From the NCBI RefSeq assembly GCF_009914755.1, contig NC_060942.1: 64,000 bases of DNA; one strand, given 5' to 3'. Below the pieces are notes generated by a model. It was not told where the DNA came from. It saw nothing but the letters and a program-made list of their open reading frames with translations, and did no database searches. Of the stretch, positions 12,001 to 25,500 are shown one piece after another. Origin of the DNA: the human T2T-CHM13v2.0 reference genome, Homo sapiens. Every line of letters starts with the position of its first letter. Within the stretch, counting starts at the first letter, position 1. The position numbers and the translations under genes are program-made.

Positions 12001-15000
12001 AGTGCAAGCTGTTGGTGGGTCTATGAATCTGCAGTCTGGAGGATGGTGGCCTCCTGTGTGGGGGCTCCAAGCCCATATTTTCCTTCTGCACTGCACTCGT
12101 AGAGTTTCTCCAAGAAGTTCTGCCTTTGCAGGAGGCTTCTGCCTGGAAACAGTAGGCGGTGGTGTGGGAGGATCCTGATGCTGATCTCCTGATAGTGAGT
12201 TCTCATGAGATCTGGTTGTATAAACTGGTGTGGCACCTCTTTCCTCTCTGTGTCGTCTTCCTACTCCTGCCATATGGAACATCTCATTGTCACTTGGCCT
12301 TTTGCTATGATTGTGAGGCTCCCTGAGTCCTCCCAGAAGCAGAAACCACTTGCTGCCTTTACAGCCTGCAGAAACATGAGCCAATTAAACCTCTTTTAAA
12401 AATAATATTACAGAAAATTTGTACTGTAGAGTGGAGCTATGAAATGCCATCAAGGTGTTTTCCTCTTTTTTTTTTACTATTAGCATTTGGCTTCTTTTAT
12501 ATGGAAATATCTGAAGCCTTCTTGAAATTTCCCCCTGAAAATGGACTTTTCTTCTTTTACCACATTGCCAGGCTGCCACAACGGTAGCTGAAAATATAGA
12601 AGCAGATTCAGAAGTGGGTAACGACTGGAGGCTGCACAGTTTGGGGGGCTTGGAAGAAGACAGAAAGATAAGGGAAAATTTGGACTCTTGTAGAGACGTG
12701 TTAAATTAAAAGGGTGAGCATAGAGACTTGTTACATAGCCATAATTAAAAGAGTGACTGAAGGATGGACAGTGAAGGCCAGGCTTAGAAGGTCTCAGATG
12801 AAAATGAGCAACTTACTGGGAACAGGAGTCAAGGTTACTTTTGTTTTGCCTTAGCAAAGAACTTGGCTGGATGGTGTCCCTGCCCTGGAGACCTCTGAAA
12901 CTTTGAACTTGGGGGTGATGATTTAGGGTATGTCTGGTGAAATGAAGTAGGCAGCAAAGCTCAAGAGGTGTCTTGTCTGTTTTGAACAGCCTGTGGTCTT
13001 CTCTGTGACTATATATAAATGACCTCAAGTTGAAAGTTATATTTAAATGAGAAGCAGGGCTTAAAAGTTTGGAAAATTTGCAGCCTGGCCAAGTGGTCAA
13101 AAAGAAAAGCTGATTTTCAGTGGGAAAATTCAAGAAGGCTTCAGAAATTTTCATAAAATGGAGCCCAGTGCTAATAGCTAAGACAATGTTTAAAAGGCCT
13201 TGAAGTCATTTCAGAGACCTTTGCAGCAGAGCTTGCTGTCACAGGCCCTGAGTTCTAGGACCGAAGAATGCTTTTCTCGGTGAGTCCCATGGTCACGCTG
13301 CTGTGTCCATCCTCAGGACACTGCTGCCTGCATCCCTGAAGCTCCAGCTCCAGCTCCAGCCATGGCTGAAAGATGCACAGATACAGCTTGCGTCACTGCT
13401 TCAGGGGTGCAAGCTTCAAACCTTGGTGGCTTCCACATAGTACTAAGCCAGCAGGTGCACAGAGCACAAAACTAGAGGCTTGGGAGCCTTTGTCTAGACG
13501 CCAGAGTATGTACGGGAAAACCTGAGTGTTGAGGCAGAAGCTTTTCCAAGAGGCAGAGCCTCATGGGAAAACTTTACTAGAGCAGTACAGAAGGAACATA
13601 TAGGGTTGCAGCCCCCAAAGAGGAATGCACTATTTTCCAGACCCCAGATTCATAGACCCGCCAACTGCTGGCATCCTGAGTGTGGAAAAGCCAAAGGCAC
13701 TCAACACCAGCCCAGCCCATGAGGGCACCTGTGGGGGATAGACCCTTCACAGCCACAGATCCTGAGCTGCCCAAGGCCTTGGGAGCCCAGCCGTCCACCC
13801 CCGTGCTCCAGATGTGGGATATAGATTCAGAAAAGATGACTTGGGAGCTGTAGGAATCAATGACTGGCTTGCTGGGTTTTTGACTTGCATGGGGTCTGTA
13901 AGTCCCATCTGTGTTTTGTGTTTCTTTCTGACAAATTTTTTCCTTTTGGGTGGGAATGCTTAACCAACGCCTGTACAATCATTGCGCCTTGGAAGTAGTA
14001 AACTTACTTTATATATAATTCAGTGGCTCATGGTCAGAAGGGACTGTAGACTTGTCTCAGATGAGACTCTGGGCTTTGGGCATTTGAGCAAATGCTGGAA
14101 TGAGTTAAGATTTGAGAGACTCTAGGGAAGGCATCATTGCATTTTGCAATGTGAGAAAGACATGAACATTGGGGGACCAGGGACAGAATAATATGTTTTG
14201 GCTCTCTGTCTCTACCAAAGCTCATGTGGAATGTTAATGGGAAATGTTAAATGTGGGGGCTGGTGGAAGGTGATTTAATCATGATGGAGAGAGGAGGTTG
14301 GATGGTTGGGGGTCGGGGAGGGTTGGGGGTGATTGGGTGGTGAGGAGGGTTGGAGGGGATTGTGGTGGGGTTGGGGGTATAAGGCAGGGTGGGGTTGCAT
14401 CCTTCACAAACGGTTAAACACCATCTCCTTAATGCCGTCCTTCTGATAGTGAGTTCTCTTCATGATTTTGGAGCTGTGAGATTGAATGAACACTGACCTG
14501 TGGGATTTTGGATGTCCGTTGGGCCTGTGGTCCCATTTGTGTTATTTTTCTTGGAAATTTCTTCCCTTTGGATTGAGAGAGCTTACCCAATACCTGTACC
14601 ATCATTGTACCTTGAAAGAAATGAACACATTTTTAACTTCAGGGACTCATAGGCAGAAGAGACTGTAGCCTTGTCTCAGATGAGACTTTGAACTTTTTAC
14701 ATTTGAGTTAATGCGGGAATGAGTTAAGGCTTTTGGAAACTTTGAAAAGGCACAATTGTATTTTCTTCTGTGAGAAGGATATGAGATTTGGGGGGGGGTC
14801 AAGGTCAGCATAATAAGATTTGGCTGTGTGCCCCTGGAAAATCTCATGTGGAATTGTAATCCCAAATGTTGGAGTTGGGGCCTGGTGGGAGATTATTTAA
14901 TCATGGGTGGGAGGGTTAGGGGTGGAAGAAAAAAGGGGTGGGTAGGGTGGGGAAGAGTAGGCTGGCTGTAGGGTGGTGGGAGGGTGGTGGGTAGTAGGAA

Positions 15001-18000
15001 GGGGGAGCAGCCTGCTGCAGAGGCAGCGGCTCATGGAAAACCTCTACCAGGGCAGTGCGCCTGTGGCTTTGCAGGCTTTAGCCCCCATGGCTGCTCTCAT
15101 GGGCTGGGCTGCTGTTGAGTGCCTATCACTTTTCCATACTGAGGGTGTGAACTTTTGGTAGGTCTATGAATCAGGGATCTAGAGGATGATGGCCTTCTGC
15201 ATAGTCACTCAAAGCCCTTATTTTCCTTGTGCACTGCCATAGTACAGGATTTCCAAGAGCCTCTGCCTCTGCAGCAGGTTTCTGTCTGGAACGGTAGGGG
15301 GTGGAGATGTGTTGGGGGGTGGATCCTTCACCAATGGTTAAGCACCATCTTCTTGATGCTGTCCTAGTGATAGTGAGTTCTCATGAGATCTGGTTATAGG
15401 ATGGTGTGGCACCTCTTTCCTCTCTCAGCCTTGCTCCTACTCCTGCTTAATGAAACATTTCATTGCTGTTTTCCTACTGGTATGATTGGGAGGCTTCCTG
15501 AGTCCTCCCAGAAGCAGAAGCCACTATGCTTTATTTACAGCCTGCAGAACCGTGAGCCAATTAAACCCCTTTTCATTATGATCATAAAGAAAATAAAGTA
15601 CTGCGAAATGGAGCTATGAAATATCTTCAATGACATTTCCCCATCGTCTTGGCTATTAGCACTGGACTTCTTTTTAATGCAAATATCTGAAGGCTTCTTG
15701 AAGTTTCCCCCTGAAAATGGACTTCTTTTTCTTCTGCATTGCCAGGCTGCAACAAAGATAGCTGAAAATGTAAAGCAGGTTAAGAAGTGGGTAACAGCCA
15801 GAGGTTGGAGAGTCTGGAGATCTTGAAAGAAGACAGGAAGATGAAGGAAAGTTTGGATCATTGTGGGCACTTGTCAAATAGTTGTGATTAAAAGGCTGGC
15901 AGAAGGATGGAAGTGAAGGCCAGTCTTACAAGGTCCCAGATGAAAATGAGGGACTTACTGGGAATGGGAGCCAAGGTTAAGTTTTGTTTTGCTGTAGCAA
16001 AGAACATGGCTGCACGGCGACCTTGCCCTCAAGATCTGTGAAACTTTGAACTCGAGGGTGATGATTTAGTGCATATCTGGTGGAATGAACTTCTAGGCAG
16101 CATAGCACAATGGGAGGGGGTGTCTGCATCAAACAGCCTGTGCTCTCATGTGTGACCGAGGTTGTGTGTGACCGAGGAAATGACCTCAAGTTGGAAGTTA
16201 CATGTAAATGACAAGCAGAGCTCAAAAGTTTGGAACATCTGCAACCTGGCCAAGTGGTCAAAAAGAAAAGCTGATTTTCAGCGGGAAAATTCATGAAGTC
16301 TCCAGAAATTTGCTTTAAATGGAGGCCAGTGCTAATAGCCAGGACAATGGGGGAAAAAGCCTTGGAGGCATTTCAGAGATGTTTGCAGCAACACTTGCTG
16401 TCAGGCCCTGGGTCCTAGGAGAGATGAGTGGTTTCCTGGGCCAGCCCTGTGACCCTGCTGCTGTGTGCAGCCTCAGGACACTGCTGCCTGCATCCCGGCA
16501 GCCCCAGCTCCTGCTCCGATCTTGGCTGAAAGATGCACAGGTACAGATTGCATCACTGCTTCAGAGGGTACAGGCCATAAGGCTTCATGGCTTTCACATA
16601 GTGTTAAGCCAGTGAACACACAGAGCACTAGCCCAGAGGCTTCGGAGCCTTTATATAGATTTCAGAAGATGTATGAAAATGCCTGGGTGTCCAGACAGAA
16701 GGCTGCCAAAAAAGCAGAGCCTCCTGGGAAACCTCTACTAGGGCAGTGCAGAAAGAAAATACGGGGTTGGAGCCCTCACACTGGATGCCAGCATCATGCA
16801 GACCCCAGATTTATAGACCCACCAAGAATTTTGTACCCTCTGTGGGTAGAAACTACAGGCAGTAAACACCAGCACAGCCCATGAGGGCAGCTGTGGGGAC
16901 TGAACACTGTGAAGCCACAGGTAGAGAAATGCCCAAGGCCTTGGGAACCCCGCCCTCATACCCTTGTGTCCTGGATGTGGGACAAGGATTAAAAAAGGAT
17001 GACTTTGGAGCTGTAGGTTTGAATAACTGGCCGGCTGGGTTTTGGATTTTCATGGGACCTGTAAGTCGTGTTTGTGTTTTGTGCTTCTCTCTGGCAAAAA
17101 TCTTCCTTTTGGTTGGGAATTCTTACTTAATGTCTGAACAATCATACCTTGGAAGTAGTTAACTTGCTTTGCTTTTCAGAGGCTCAGGAGCAGAAGGGAC
17201 TGCATCTTTGTCTCAGATGAGACTTTGGGCTTCAGACATTTAAGTAAATGCTGGAAATGGTTAAGGCCTTGGGGGTCTTAGCCAAGACGATTGGGAAAAG
17301 TCATTGAAGGCATTTCATAGCTTCACTTCACAGTACTAATTTTCTGTATGATCATAACAAAAAGGGGTTTGATTGGCTCATGGTTCTGCAGGCTGTAAAA
17401 ATAAAGCATAGTGGCTTGAGGAATGGTAAGTAAGGCATCATTGTATTTTGCAAAGTGAGAAGGACATGAGATTTGTGGGGCAGGGACAGAATAATAAGAT
17501 TTGGCTGTGTTTCCCTATGGAAACTCATGTGGAATTGTAATCAGAAATGTTAAAAGTGGGACCAGGTGAAAGGTGATTTAATCGTGGAGGGCACTGGGTG
17601 TTGGAAGGTGTAGATTGGGGAGAATGGGTGGATTATGGTGGGGGTGAGGGGTGAAAACTGGGGGTGGGAGGAGGATCCCTCCCAAATAGTTAAACACCAT
17701 CTCCTTAGTCCTTTCCTCATGATGGTGAGTTCTCGTGATGATTTTGGAGCCGTGAGATTGAGTGGATACTGGCCTCCTGGGTTTTGGACTTGCATTGGCC
17801 CTGTGATCCCATTTGTGTTGTTTTCCTGGCAGACCTCTCCCCTTTGGATTGAGAAAACTTACCCAATGCCTGTACCATCATTGTACCTTGAAAGAAAAGA
17901 ACGCTCTTTTAAATTCAGGAACTTATAGGCAAAAGGAATTGTAGCCTTTTCTCAGGTGAGACGTTGTACTTTTTACGTTTGAGTTAATGCTGAAATGACT

Positions 18001-19515
18001 TAAGACTTTCGGCAACTTTTGAAAAGGCCTGATTGTATTTTACTCTGTGAGAAGGATATGATATTCAGGGGATCAGGATCAGAATAATATGGTTTAGCTG
18101 TGTGTCCCTACCTAAACTCACATGTAATTGTAATCCCGAATGTTGCAGGTGGGGCGTGGTGGGAGGTGATTTATTCATGGATGGGAGACGGGTGGGGTTG
18201 GAATTAAAAACTGGTGGGTAAGGTGGGGAGGGGTAAGCTGGCTGTAGGGTGGTGTGTAGCAGAAGGGGAGTAGCATGCCGCAGAGGCAGAGGCTCATGGA
18301 AAAACTCTCCTAATGCAGTGCACCTGTGGCTTTGCAGGGTTTAGCACCTGTAGCTGCTCTCATGGGCTGGGCTGATGTTGAATGCCTGTCGCTTTTCCAT
18401 AATGGGCGTGTGAGCTGTTGGTGGGTCTATGACTCTTGGGTCTGGAGGATGGTGGCATGGGGGCTCCAAGCCCATATTTTCCTTCTGCACTGCCGTAGTA
18501 GAGGTTTTCCAAGAGGATCTGCCTCTGCCTCAGGCTTCTGCTTGGAAACAGTGGGTGGTGGATATGGGATAGTGGGCGGATCCTTCACCAACAGTGAAGC
18601 ACCATCTTCTTGATGCTGATCTCCTGATACTGAGCTCTCATGAGATCTAGTTGTATAACAGGATGTCGCACCTCTTTCCTCTCTCTGTTCTGCTTCTACT
18701 CCTGCCATACGAAACATTTCATTGCTGCTTGGCCTTCTGGTATAATTGGGAGGCTTCCTGAGTCCTCCTATAAGCAAAAACCACTGTTCTTTCTTACAGC
18801 CTGAAGAACTGTGAGTCAATTACACCTCTTTTCTTTATGTAGATACAGAAAATTAATGTTGTGAAGTAAAGCTATGAAATGACTTCTAGGCCTTTCCCCT
18901 AATCTCTTGGCTATTAGCACTGAGCTTTCTTCAATGCAGATATTGGAGGCCATCTTGGTGTTTCCCCCTGATAATGGACTTTTCTTCTTTTACCACATTG
19001 CCAGGCTGCAACAAAGATAGCTGACAGTGTAGAAGCAGATTCCAAATTGGGTAATGGCCAGAGGTTCGAGAGTTTGGAGAGCTTGGAAGAAGACAGGAAG
19101 ATGAGGGAAAGTTTGGACCGTTGCAGAGACTTGTTAAATAGTTGTGATTAAAAGGCTGACAGAAGGATGGACAGTGAAGGCCAGGTTTGTAAGGTCTCAG
19201 ATGAAAATGAGGAACTTACTGGGAACAGGAGCCAAGGTTTTTTTATTTTGCCTTAGCAAAGTAATTGGCTACACAGTGACCCTTCCCGGGAGATCTGTGA
19301 AACTGAACTTGAGGATGATGATTTAAGGTGTATCTGGTGGAATGAACTTATAAGCAGCAAAGCTCAAGAGTTGTCCTGCCTACATCGAACAGCCTGTGCT
19401 CCTGTGTGTGATCAAAGAAATGACCATAAGTTGGAACTTATATTTAAGTGAGAAGCAGAGATTCAACATTTGGGAAATTTGTAATCTGGTCAAAAAGAAA
19501 AGCTGATTTTCAAGG
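1..19515 (+). repeat. HOR copy 1 (6 monomers A-B-C-D-E-F, ~19.5 kb)
   Basis: Base 1 (ggaaaatcaagaaggcc) recurs at 19516. Monomer-specific indels repeat in register, e.g. the three LTR starts of monomer A, the LTR6 insert in C, the ~30-bp duplication at 12691/29040/48347 and the inverted insert in F. Confidence 0.9.
8140..8687 (-). mobile_element. Solo ERV1 LTR, LTR6-like (HERV-T/S71), inserted in monomer C
   Basis: ~548 bp absent from other monomer types. It has TG...CA ends, and on the minus strand a TATAAAA-like box (~8266-8272) followed by AATAAA (~8195-8200). The sequence tgtaaccgagtgagttgtagagaaacgccacact...cctttatt resembles my recall of LTR6. Confidence 0.75.
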
Positions 19516-22500
19516 GGAAAATCAAGAAGGCCTTGGATATTTGCATAAAAAGGATCCTAGTGCTAATAATTCAAGACAATGGGAAAGAGGCCTTGAAGGA
19601 ATTTCAGAGACCTTTGTAGCAGACCTTGTTGTCACGGGCCCTGGGGCTTAGGAGAAAAGAATAGTTTCCTGGCCCAGCCCCATGGCTCCACTGCTGTGTG
19701 CAGCCTCAGGACACTGCTGCCTGCATCCCTGGAGCTCCATCTCCAGCTCCAGCCATGGATGAAAGATGCACAGGTACAGCTTGTGTCACTGCTTCAGAAG
19801 ATGCAAGCTCCAAGCCTTGGTGGCTTCCACATGGTGTTAAGCCAGCAGGTGCATAAAACACAGGACTAGAAGCTTCAGAGCCTTCATCTAGACTCCAGTG
19901 GATATATTGGAAAGCCTGAGTGTCCAGCCAGAAGCTTTTCCAAGAGGCAGAGCCTCATGGTAAACCTCTACTGGGGCAGTACAGAAGGAGAGTATAGGGT
20001 TGAAGTCCCTATACAGGGAGCCACCATTTTCCAGACCCCAGTTTCATAGACCCACCAACTGCTTGCACCCTCAGTGTTGAAAAGCTACAGGCACTCAACA
20101 CCAGCCTAGCCAATGAGGGCAGCTGTGGGGGAAAGATTCTGCAATGCCACAGGTGCAGAGCTGCCCAAGGCCTTGGGATCCCAGCTGTCACACCACCCTG
20201 TGCTCTGGATGTGGACATAGATGCCAAAAAATTGATTTGGAGCTGTATGATGGAATGACTGCCCTGCTGGGTTTTTGACTTATGGGGGGTTTGTAAGTCC
20301 CATCTGTGTTTTGTGCTTCTTTCTGGCCAATTTCTTCTCTTTGGCTGGGAGGGCTTACCCAATGCCTGTACAACCATTGTACCTTGGAAGTGGTTAACTT
20401 GCTTTGTATTTCAGAGGCTCGGGGCAAAAGATATGGCAGCCTTGTCTCAGAAGAGACTTTGGGCTTTGGACATTTGAGTAAATGCTGGGATGAGTTAAGA
20501 CTTGGGGGACTCTAGGGAAGGCATCATTGCATTTTGCAATGTGAGAAACACATGAACTTTGGGGGACCAGGACAGAATAATATGTTTTGGCTCTGTGTCT
20601 CTGCCAAAACTCATGTGGAATTTTAATGGGAAATGTTAAAGGTGGGGGCTGGTGGAAGGTGATTTAATCATGGTGGAGAGTGGAGGTTGGATGGTTGGGA
20701 GGGTGGGGAGGGTTGGGGTGATTGTGGTGGTGGGGAGGTGGGGGATTGGGGGGTGGGGAGGTTGGGGGGATTGTGGTGGGGTTGGGGGTGAAAGGGAGTG
20801 GTGGGGGCGGATCCTTCACAAATAGACATTTGAGTAAACGCTGGAATGAGTTCAGACATTGGAGTACTGTAAAGAATGCATCATTGTATTTTGCAATATG
20901 AGACGGACATGAGATTGGGGGCCAAAGGGAGAATAATATGGTTTGGCTCTGTGTCCCTACCAAAATTCCTGTGGGATTGTAATGGGGAATGTTAAATGTG
21001 GGGCTTGGTGGAACGTGATTTAATCATGGTAGAGAATGGGGGTTGGAAGGGGGATGTGGGAGAATGGAGGTTCATGGTGTGGGTGAGGATGAAACATGGG
21101 TATGGGTGGCAGATCCTTCACAAATGGTTAAATACTATCTCCTTAATGCAGTCTGTGTGATAGTGAGTTCTCATGATAAATGAATGCTGTCCTGCTGGGT
21201 TTTAGACTCGGATTGGGCCTGTGTCCCATTTGTGTTATTTTTCTGGGAAAATCTTCCCTTTGGTTTGAGAAAGCTTACCCAGTGCCTGTGCCATCATTGT
21301 AACTTGAAAGAAAAGAATTGTCTTTTACATTCAGGAACTCATAGGCAGAAGGGATTGCAGCCTTCTCTTGGTTGAGACTTGAACTTACTACATTTGAGTT
21401 ACTGCTGGAATGAGTTAAGACTTTTCAAAACTTTTGAAAATGCATGTTTGTATTTTTCTGTGTGAGAAGGACATGAGATTTGGGGGTGTCAGGGTCAGAA
21501 TAATATGGTTTGGCTGTGTTTCCCTACAAAATCTCATGCGGAATTGTATTCCTGACTGTTGTAGGTCGAGCCTGGTGGGAGGTAATTTAATCACAAAAGG
21601 CAGAGTGGTAGGGGTGGAAGAGAAAACAAGTGGGTAGGGTGGGGAGGAATAGGCTGGCAGTAGGGTGGTGAGATGCTGGTGGGCAGTAGAAAGGGGGAGT
21701 AGCCTGCTGCAGAAGCAGAGGCTCATGGAAAGCCTCTATACCAGGGCAGTGCACCTGTGGCTTTGCAGGCTTTAGCACCCATGGTTGCTCTCATGGGCTG
21801 GGCTGGTGTTGAGTGCCTGTAGCTTTTCCATACTGAGAGTGCAAGCTGCTGGTGGGTCTATGAATCTGGGGTCTGGAGGTTGGTAACCTCCTGTGTGGGG
21901 CCTCCAAGCCCATATATTTTTTCTGTACTGCCCTAGTAGAAGTTTTCCTAGTGGCTCTGCCTCTGCTTCATGCTTCTGCCTGGAAACAGTGGGGGGTAGG
22001 GGTGGTAGGGGGCAGATCTTTCACCAATGGTTAAGCAACATCTTCTTGATGCTGACCTTGTGATAGTGAGTTCTCAGGAAATCTGGTTGTATAACAGGTT
22101 TATACAACATGTGGCACCCTTTTCCTCTCTCTGTCTTGTTTCTACTTCTGCCATATAAAACATCCCATTACTGCTTGGTCTTCTGGTATGATTGGGAGGC
22201 TTCCTGAGTCCTCCCAGAGGCAGAAGCCTCTAGGATTTATTTAAAGCTTGCAGAACCATGAACCAGTTCAACCTCTTTTCTTTCTGATTATACATAAATT
22301 TAGTGCTGTGAAGTGGAGCTATGAAATGCCTTCAAGGCCTTTTCATTATTGTCTTGGTAATCAGCACTCAGCTCCTTTTCAGGCAAATGTCTGAAGCCTG
22401 CATTAATTTTTCTCCTGAAATGGACTTTTCTTCTTTTACCACATTGCCAGGCTGTGACAAATGTAGCTGAAAATGTAGAAGCAGGTTGAGAAGTGTGTAA

Positions 22501-25500
22501 TGGCCAGAGGTTGGAGAGTTTGGAGGTCTTGGAAGAAGACAGGAAGATGAGGAAAAGTTTGGATCAGTGTAGAGACTTGTCAAATAGTTGTAATTAAAAA
22601 GGTGACAGAAGGATGGATAGTGATTACCAGGCTTAGAAGGTCTCACATGAAAATGAGGAGCTTGCTGGGAACAGGAGCCAAGGTCGCTTTTGTTTTTTCC
22701 TTAGCAAAGAACGTTGCTGCACGATGCCCTTAACGTGGAGACGTGTGAAATTTTGAACATCAGGGTGATAATTTAGAGTGTATCTGGTGGAAGGAAATTT
22801 TAGGCAGCAAAGCTTAAGAGGTGTCCTGTCTGTGTCGAACAGCCTGTGGTCGTATATGTGACCAGAGAAATGACCTCATGGTGAAACATATTTAAAAGTT
22901 TGGAAAATTTGCAGCCTGGACAAGTGGTCAAAAAGAAAAGCTGATTGTCAGTGAGAAAGTTCAAGAAGTCTTCAGAAATTTGCATAAAATGGAGTTCAGT
23001 GCTAATAGCCAATACAGTGTTAAAAAGGCCTTGAAGGTATTTCAGAGACTTTTGTAGCAGCCCTTGCTATCACAGGCCCTGAGGCCTGGGAGAAAAGAAT
23101 GGTTTCCTTCTCCAGCACCATGGCCCAGCTGCTGTGTCCATCCTCAGGACACTGCTGGCTGCATTTCTGAAGCTCCAGCTCCAGCCATGGCTGAAAGATG
23201 GACAGGTACAGCTTGGTCACTGCTTCAGAGGGCACAAGCTGCAGGCTTTGGTGGCTTCCACATAGTGTTAAGCCAGCAGGTGTGAAGAGCACAAAACTGG
23301 AGGCTGGGGATCCTTTGTCTAGACTCCAGAGTACATATGGAGAAACCTGGGTGTCCAGGTCAAAATTTTCCAAGAAACAGAGCCTTCTTTACTAGGGCAG
23401 TACAGAAGAAACATATAGGGCTGGAACCCCCATACAGGGAGGCACCATTCTGCAAATGCCAGATTCATAGACTCTCTAACAGCTTGCACCCTCATTGTGG
23501 AAAAGCTGCAGGTACTCAACACCAGCCCAGCCCATGAGAGCCACTGTGGAGGTTAGACCTTGCAAAGCCACAGGTGCAGAGCTGCCCAAGGCCTTGGGAG
23601 CCCAGCCATGACATGCCTGTGCTCTGGATGTGAGATGTCCATTCAGAAAAGATGATTTGGAGCTGTAGGATTCAATGACTGGCCTGCTGCGTTTTTGACT
23701 CGTACGGGGTCTGTAAGTCCTTGGACATTTCAGTAAATGCTGGAATGAGTTAAGTCATTGGGGGACAGTAGAGAAGTCATCAGTGTATTTTGCAGTGTGA
23801 CAGGGAAAGAAGATTAGGGGAGCAAGAGCCAGAATAATATGATTTGATTCTGTGTCTCTACCAATATTCATGTGGAATTGTAGTGGGGAATGTTAAAGGT
23901 GGGACCTGGCGGGAGGTGATTTAATCATGGAGAAGAGTGGGTTTAGGAGGTAGGGGTGTGGGGATAATGGGAGAGATTATTTTGTGGGTGGGAGTGAAAG
24001 ATGAGGGTGGGAGGGCAGATTCTTCACAAATGGGTAAACACTATCTCCTTAATGCTGTCTGCATGATAGTGAGTTCTCATGATGATTTTTGAGCTGTGAG
24101 ATAGAGTGAATACTGTCCTGCTGTTTTTTGGACTTCCATTTGGCCTGAGGTCCCATATCTGTTTTCTGCGAAATTTCTTCCCTTTGGATTGAGAGAGCTT
24201 ACACAACGCCTGTACCATCATTGTACCTTGAAAGAAAAGAAATCTCTTTTAAATTCAGGAACTCATAGACAGAAGGGATGATGGTATTTTGCTCTGTGAT
24301 AAGGACATGAGATTCTGGGACATCCGGGTCAGAATAATACGGTTTGGCTGTGTGTCCCTATAAAAATTCAGGTGGAATTGTAATTCCAAATGTTGAAGGT
24401 GGGGCCTGGGGGAGATGATTTAATCATGGATTGGAGGTGGTCGGGGGTGGAAGGAAAAGGGTTGTAACCGAGTGAGTTGTAGAGAAACGCCACACTATGA
24501 GACGAATTCAGGGGACATTTATTGCCGGCAACTGAGAGACCACTAGTGCTCAAAATTCTCTTGGCCCGGAAGAAGAGGCTAGATTTTCTTTTATATTTTG
24601 GTTTAGAAAGGGGGAGGTGGAGCCTAGCTGAAGGACTCTCACAGCAGCAAAACAGGCAAAAAAGTTAAAAAGATAAATGGCTACAGGAAAGCAAACAGTT
24701 CCAGTTTCAGGGGCTTTAAATCCATCAAAAGGTGAGAGATGTGGGGGCTTTGGATGCTGTCAACTGGACACAAATGCAGGGGTTTTGGGTACTATCAACC
24801 GGGCCAATTCCTGGGAACTGTGGATATAGCTTGCCAGAGTATCTTGTCAGTAATTGAATTCTTTGATGTGCTGGGATTCAGCTTGCACAAGTTAAGTCGT
24901 TGAGGAAGGGGGGTGGGTAAGGGGCTGCAAGTGAAGGAGCCAAGATGGAGTCTGTCTGGCCCTCTCAGTTAAGGGAGAGTCAACCAGGTTGAAACAAGGT
25001 AGGGTATCACAAATGGGTTGGTTAGGTTGGGGAGGAGTAGGCTGGCAGTAGAATGGTGGGAGGTTGGGGGGTAGTAAGAAGGGGGAGTAGCGTGCTGTAG
25101 AGGCAAAGCCTCATGGGAAACCTCTACTAGGATAGTGCACCTGTAGCTTTGCAGGGTTTAGCTCCTGCATCTGCTCTCATGGGCTGGGCTTTTGTTGAGT
25201 GCCTGTAGCTTTTCCACAGTGGGTGTGAGCTTTTGGTGGGTCTATGAATCTGGGGTCTGGAGGTTGGTGGCCATCTGCATGGGGGCTTCAAGCCCATATT
25301 TTCCTTCCACACTTCCCTGGTAGAGGTTTTCCAAGAGGCTCTGCCTGTGCGGCAGGCTTCTGTTTGGAAACAGTGGGAGTTGGGGGTGGGTTGTTTTTCC
25401 TTCATCAATGTTTAGGTACCATGTTCATGATGCTGACCTTGTGATAGTGAGTTCTCATGAGATCTGGTTGTATAATAGGGTGTGGCCCCCTTTCGTCTCT

